Of a stretch of DNA of 64,000 nt, positions 62,381 through 64,000 are shown piece after piece (the first letter of the stretch is position 1; each line of letters starts with the position of its first letter). Under the pieces are notes generated by a model. It had not been told where the DNA came from. It saw nothing but the letters and a program-made list of their open reading frames with translations, and did not search any database. Source of the DNA: an uncultured Lentisphaeraceae bacterium. GTDB taxonomy: Bacteria; Verrucomicrobiota; Kiritimatiellia; RFP12; UBA1067. The DNA lies in contig CAYTWE010000005.1 in assembly GCA_964440985.1 (NCBI GenBank), positions 1,206 through 65,205 on the forward strand, in the 5' to 3' direction. The position numbers were made by a program, and so were the translations under genes.

Positions 62381-64000
62381 TCAGTTTGCGAGACGCATAA
62401 GATCCTCAAAGGACATCTTGGAGACGATGGCTTCGTCCGTTGCGCTTACCGTGGCGTCGATCACCATGCTCTTCTTCTCCTGAAGCTTCAGCACACGCTC
62501 CTCCACAGAGCCCTCTGAGATCAGCTTCACAACGCACACCTTCTTCTTCTGTCCAATGCGGTGCGCTCGGTCTGTCGCCTGGTTCTCTACGGCGGGATTC
62601 CACCACGGATCGAAATGTATCACCGTGTCTGCACCGGTCAGGTTCAATCCCGTGCCGCCGGCGTGGAGCGAAATCAGAAACACCGGCATGTTGCCCTGGT
62701 TGAACCGGCGGCATTCGCCGAGACGATCCTTCGTGGATCCGTCAAGATAGCAGTACGCAATCCGGCGGCGTTCGAGTTCCTTGCGCAGTATCGAGAGCAT
62801 CGCGACAAACTGCGAGAACACCAGCACGCGGTGTCCGCCGTCGATCGCCTCGTCAAGCACGTCGAAGAATGCCTCCAGCTTTCCGGACTCCGCCGCAGAG
62901 CCTTTCACGGCGAGGGCGGGATGGTTGGCTATCTGGCGCATCCTCATCAGCACCGCAAGCATCTCGAACTTCGTCTTCGCGGCCTTCGCCTTCATGCGCA
63001 CCTCATTCGTGAGACGCTGCTGCTCTTCGCTCATCGGGCAGTACGCAATGCGCACGATCTTGTCCGGCAGATCCTTTGCGACATCGCGCTTCAGTCTCCG
63101 CAGTATGAACGGATGTATCTTGCGCCGGAGCTTCTCAAGCGCGGAGGCGCCTTCCTTGCCGCCGTTCTGCGCCGGAACCTCAATGTCGTCCTTGAACGTC
63201 TGGTAGTCGCCGAGATAATCCGGCAGCAGGAAGTCGAAGATGCTCCACACATCCGATACGGAGTTCTCCACCGGCGTTCCCGTAAGCACAAGCCGTTGGA
63301 CGCTTCTGAGTAGCTTTGCGGCCTTTGCGTTGCGCGTGGAGCGGTTTTTTATGTGCTGTGCCTCGTCAAGCACAACGACGGAGAACCGCTTGTCGAGGTA
63401 GGCATCCTCCACGTCGCGCTGCAGCAGGGCATACGAGGTTATCACCAGATCCGCCTTGGGAATGAGCGGAAATGCCTTTGCCCGCTCTGCGCCGGAGATG
63501 ACAAGACGCTTCATCCACGGCGTGAACTTCGCGGCTTCCGCCTCCCAGTTGCGGACAAGCGACGTGGGGCACACGATAAGAGCCGGCTTTCCGTCGGCGT
63601 CCGGATCGGTTCTTCGCAGTGAGAGCCACGTGAGCGTCTGAAGGGTTTTGCCGAGACCCATCTCATCGGCGAGCAGACCTGAAAGCCCGCTTTTCTCAAG
63701 GAAACGCATCCAGTACACGCCCTGCTTTTGGTATGGACGCAGGGTGTTCTCCAGCTGTCCGAGATCGACAGGCTCAAAGCGCACATTGCCGTCTCTGTTC
63801 CGCTTCGATGCCGTCTCGCGCCAGGATGGCGCATCGTCGTCATCGAGACAGATTGCATCGAAGGACTCCACCGCGCTCTTCACGTACGGTGCGTATATGC
63901 CGCCAACACGGAAGAATCCGCGAGGAGCGTCGCCCTGGACGCTTACGCAGTCCGAGAACACGGAATGCATGTCCTTTACCGCTTCGGCGTCAAACAGCAT
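62381..64000 (-). CDS. SNF2-family helicase, 5'-truncated by the window edge
   Basis: LRPYQKQG, LADEMGLGKT, DEAQHIKN, LTGTPVEN, LRRLK, VFSQF, GGTGLNLTGAD, QATDRAHRIGQ. Confidence 0.92.
   Translation of the reverse strand: MLFDAEAVKDMHSVFSDCVSVQGDAPRGFFRVGGIYAPYVKSAVESFDAICLDDDDAPSWRETASKRNRDGNVRFEPVDLGQLENTLRPYQKQGVYWMRFLEKSGLSGLLADEMGLGKTLQTLTWLSLRRTDPDADGKPALIVCPTSLVRNWEAEAAKFTPWMKRLVISGAERAKAFPLIPKADLVITSYALLQRDVEDAYLDKRFSVVVLDEAQHIKNRSTRNAKAAKLLRSVQRLVLTGTPVENSVSDVWSIFDFLLPDYLGDYQTFKDDIEVPAQNGGKEGASALEKLRRKIHPFILRRLKRDVAKDLPDKIVRIAYCPMSEEQQRLTNEVRMKAKAAKTKFEMLAVLMRMRQIANHPALAVKGSAAESGKLEAFFDVLDEAIDGGHRVLVFSQFVAMLSILRKELERRRIAYCYLDGSTKDRLGECRRFNQGNMPVFLISLHAGGTGLNLTGADTVIHFDPWWNPAVENQATDRAHRIGQKKKVCVVKLISEGSVEERVLKLQEKKSMVIDATVSATDEAIVSKMSFEDLMRLAN

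Noticed and set aside
1-64000. CRISPR arrays, tRNA/rRNA, IS elements, prophage, defence systems
   Set aside because: No regularly spaced repeats, cloverleaf sequences, transposase, integrase or phage structural motifs were recognised. The SNF2 helicase looks like the ordinary bacterial type, and its upstream context is outside the window.

Overview
A gene-dense, GC-rich bacterial chromosomal window with about 46 supportable CDS. I found no rRNA, tRNA, CRISPR array, integrase or transposase. The lineage is inferred to be a PVC-superphylum anaerobe, most likely Kiritimatiellia/Lentisphaeria-like, from a Minf_1886-family gene, a chlamydia/spirochete-type V-ATPase, many signal-peptide glycoside hydrolases and SUMF1/FGE-domain surface proteins. 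Housekeeping genes are cmk, rsgA, rex, V-ATPase D-I-K, tlyA, ligA, trmL, fba and a SNF2 helicase. Carbohydrate-use loci include a class II aldolase plus rhamnulokinase, GH92, GH42-like, GH5-like, GH29, an SGNH esterase, beta-helix proteins, an ExuT-like MFS, an orphan GatC, KduI, an SSS symporter and a DUF5107-TPR protein. There is also a GT-C/GT2/GT87 envelope glycosylation cluster and a tadC-FHA-PEGA-tlyA-ExbD-like operon. The most notable signals read from the DNA are: (i) a 26/29-nt identical promoter in front of both the glycosylation cluster and the tadC/FHA operon, 19 kb apart; (ii) seven genes with an extended -10 box followed by exactly 7 nt and then ATG, consistent with leaderless mRNAs; (iii) two promoters with A10/A11 tracts in the -35/-10 spacer, candidate phase-variation switches; (iv) a shared C-terminal G-x-x-hydrophobic-x-hydrophobic-R tail on two unrelated secreted proteins; (v) a KduI with a signal peptide; (vi) a direct-repeat operator for the XylR-like regulator. 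All family calls come from motif recognition by eye, not from database searches.
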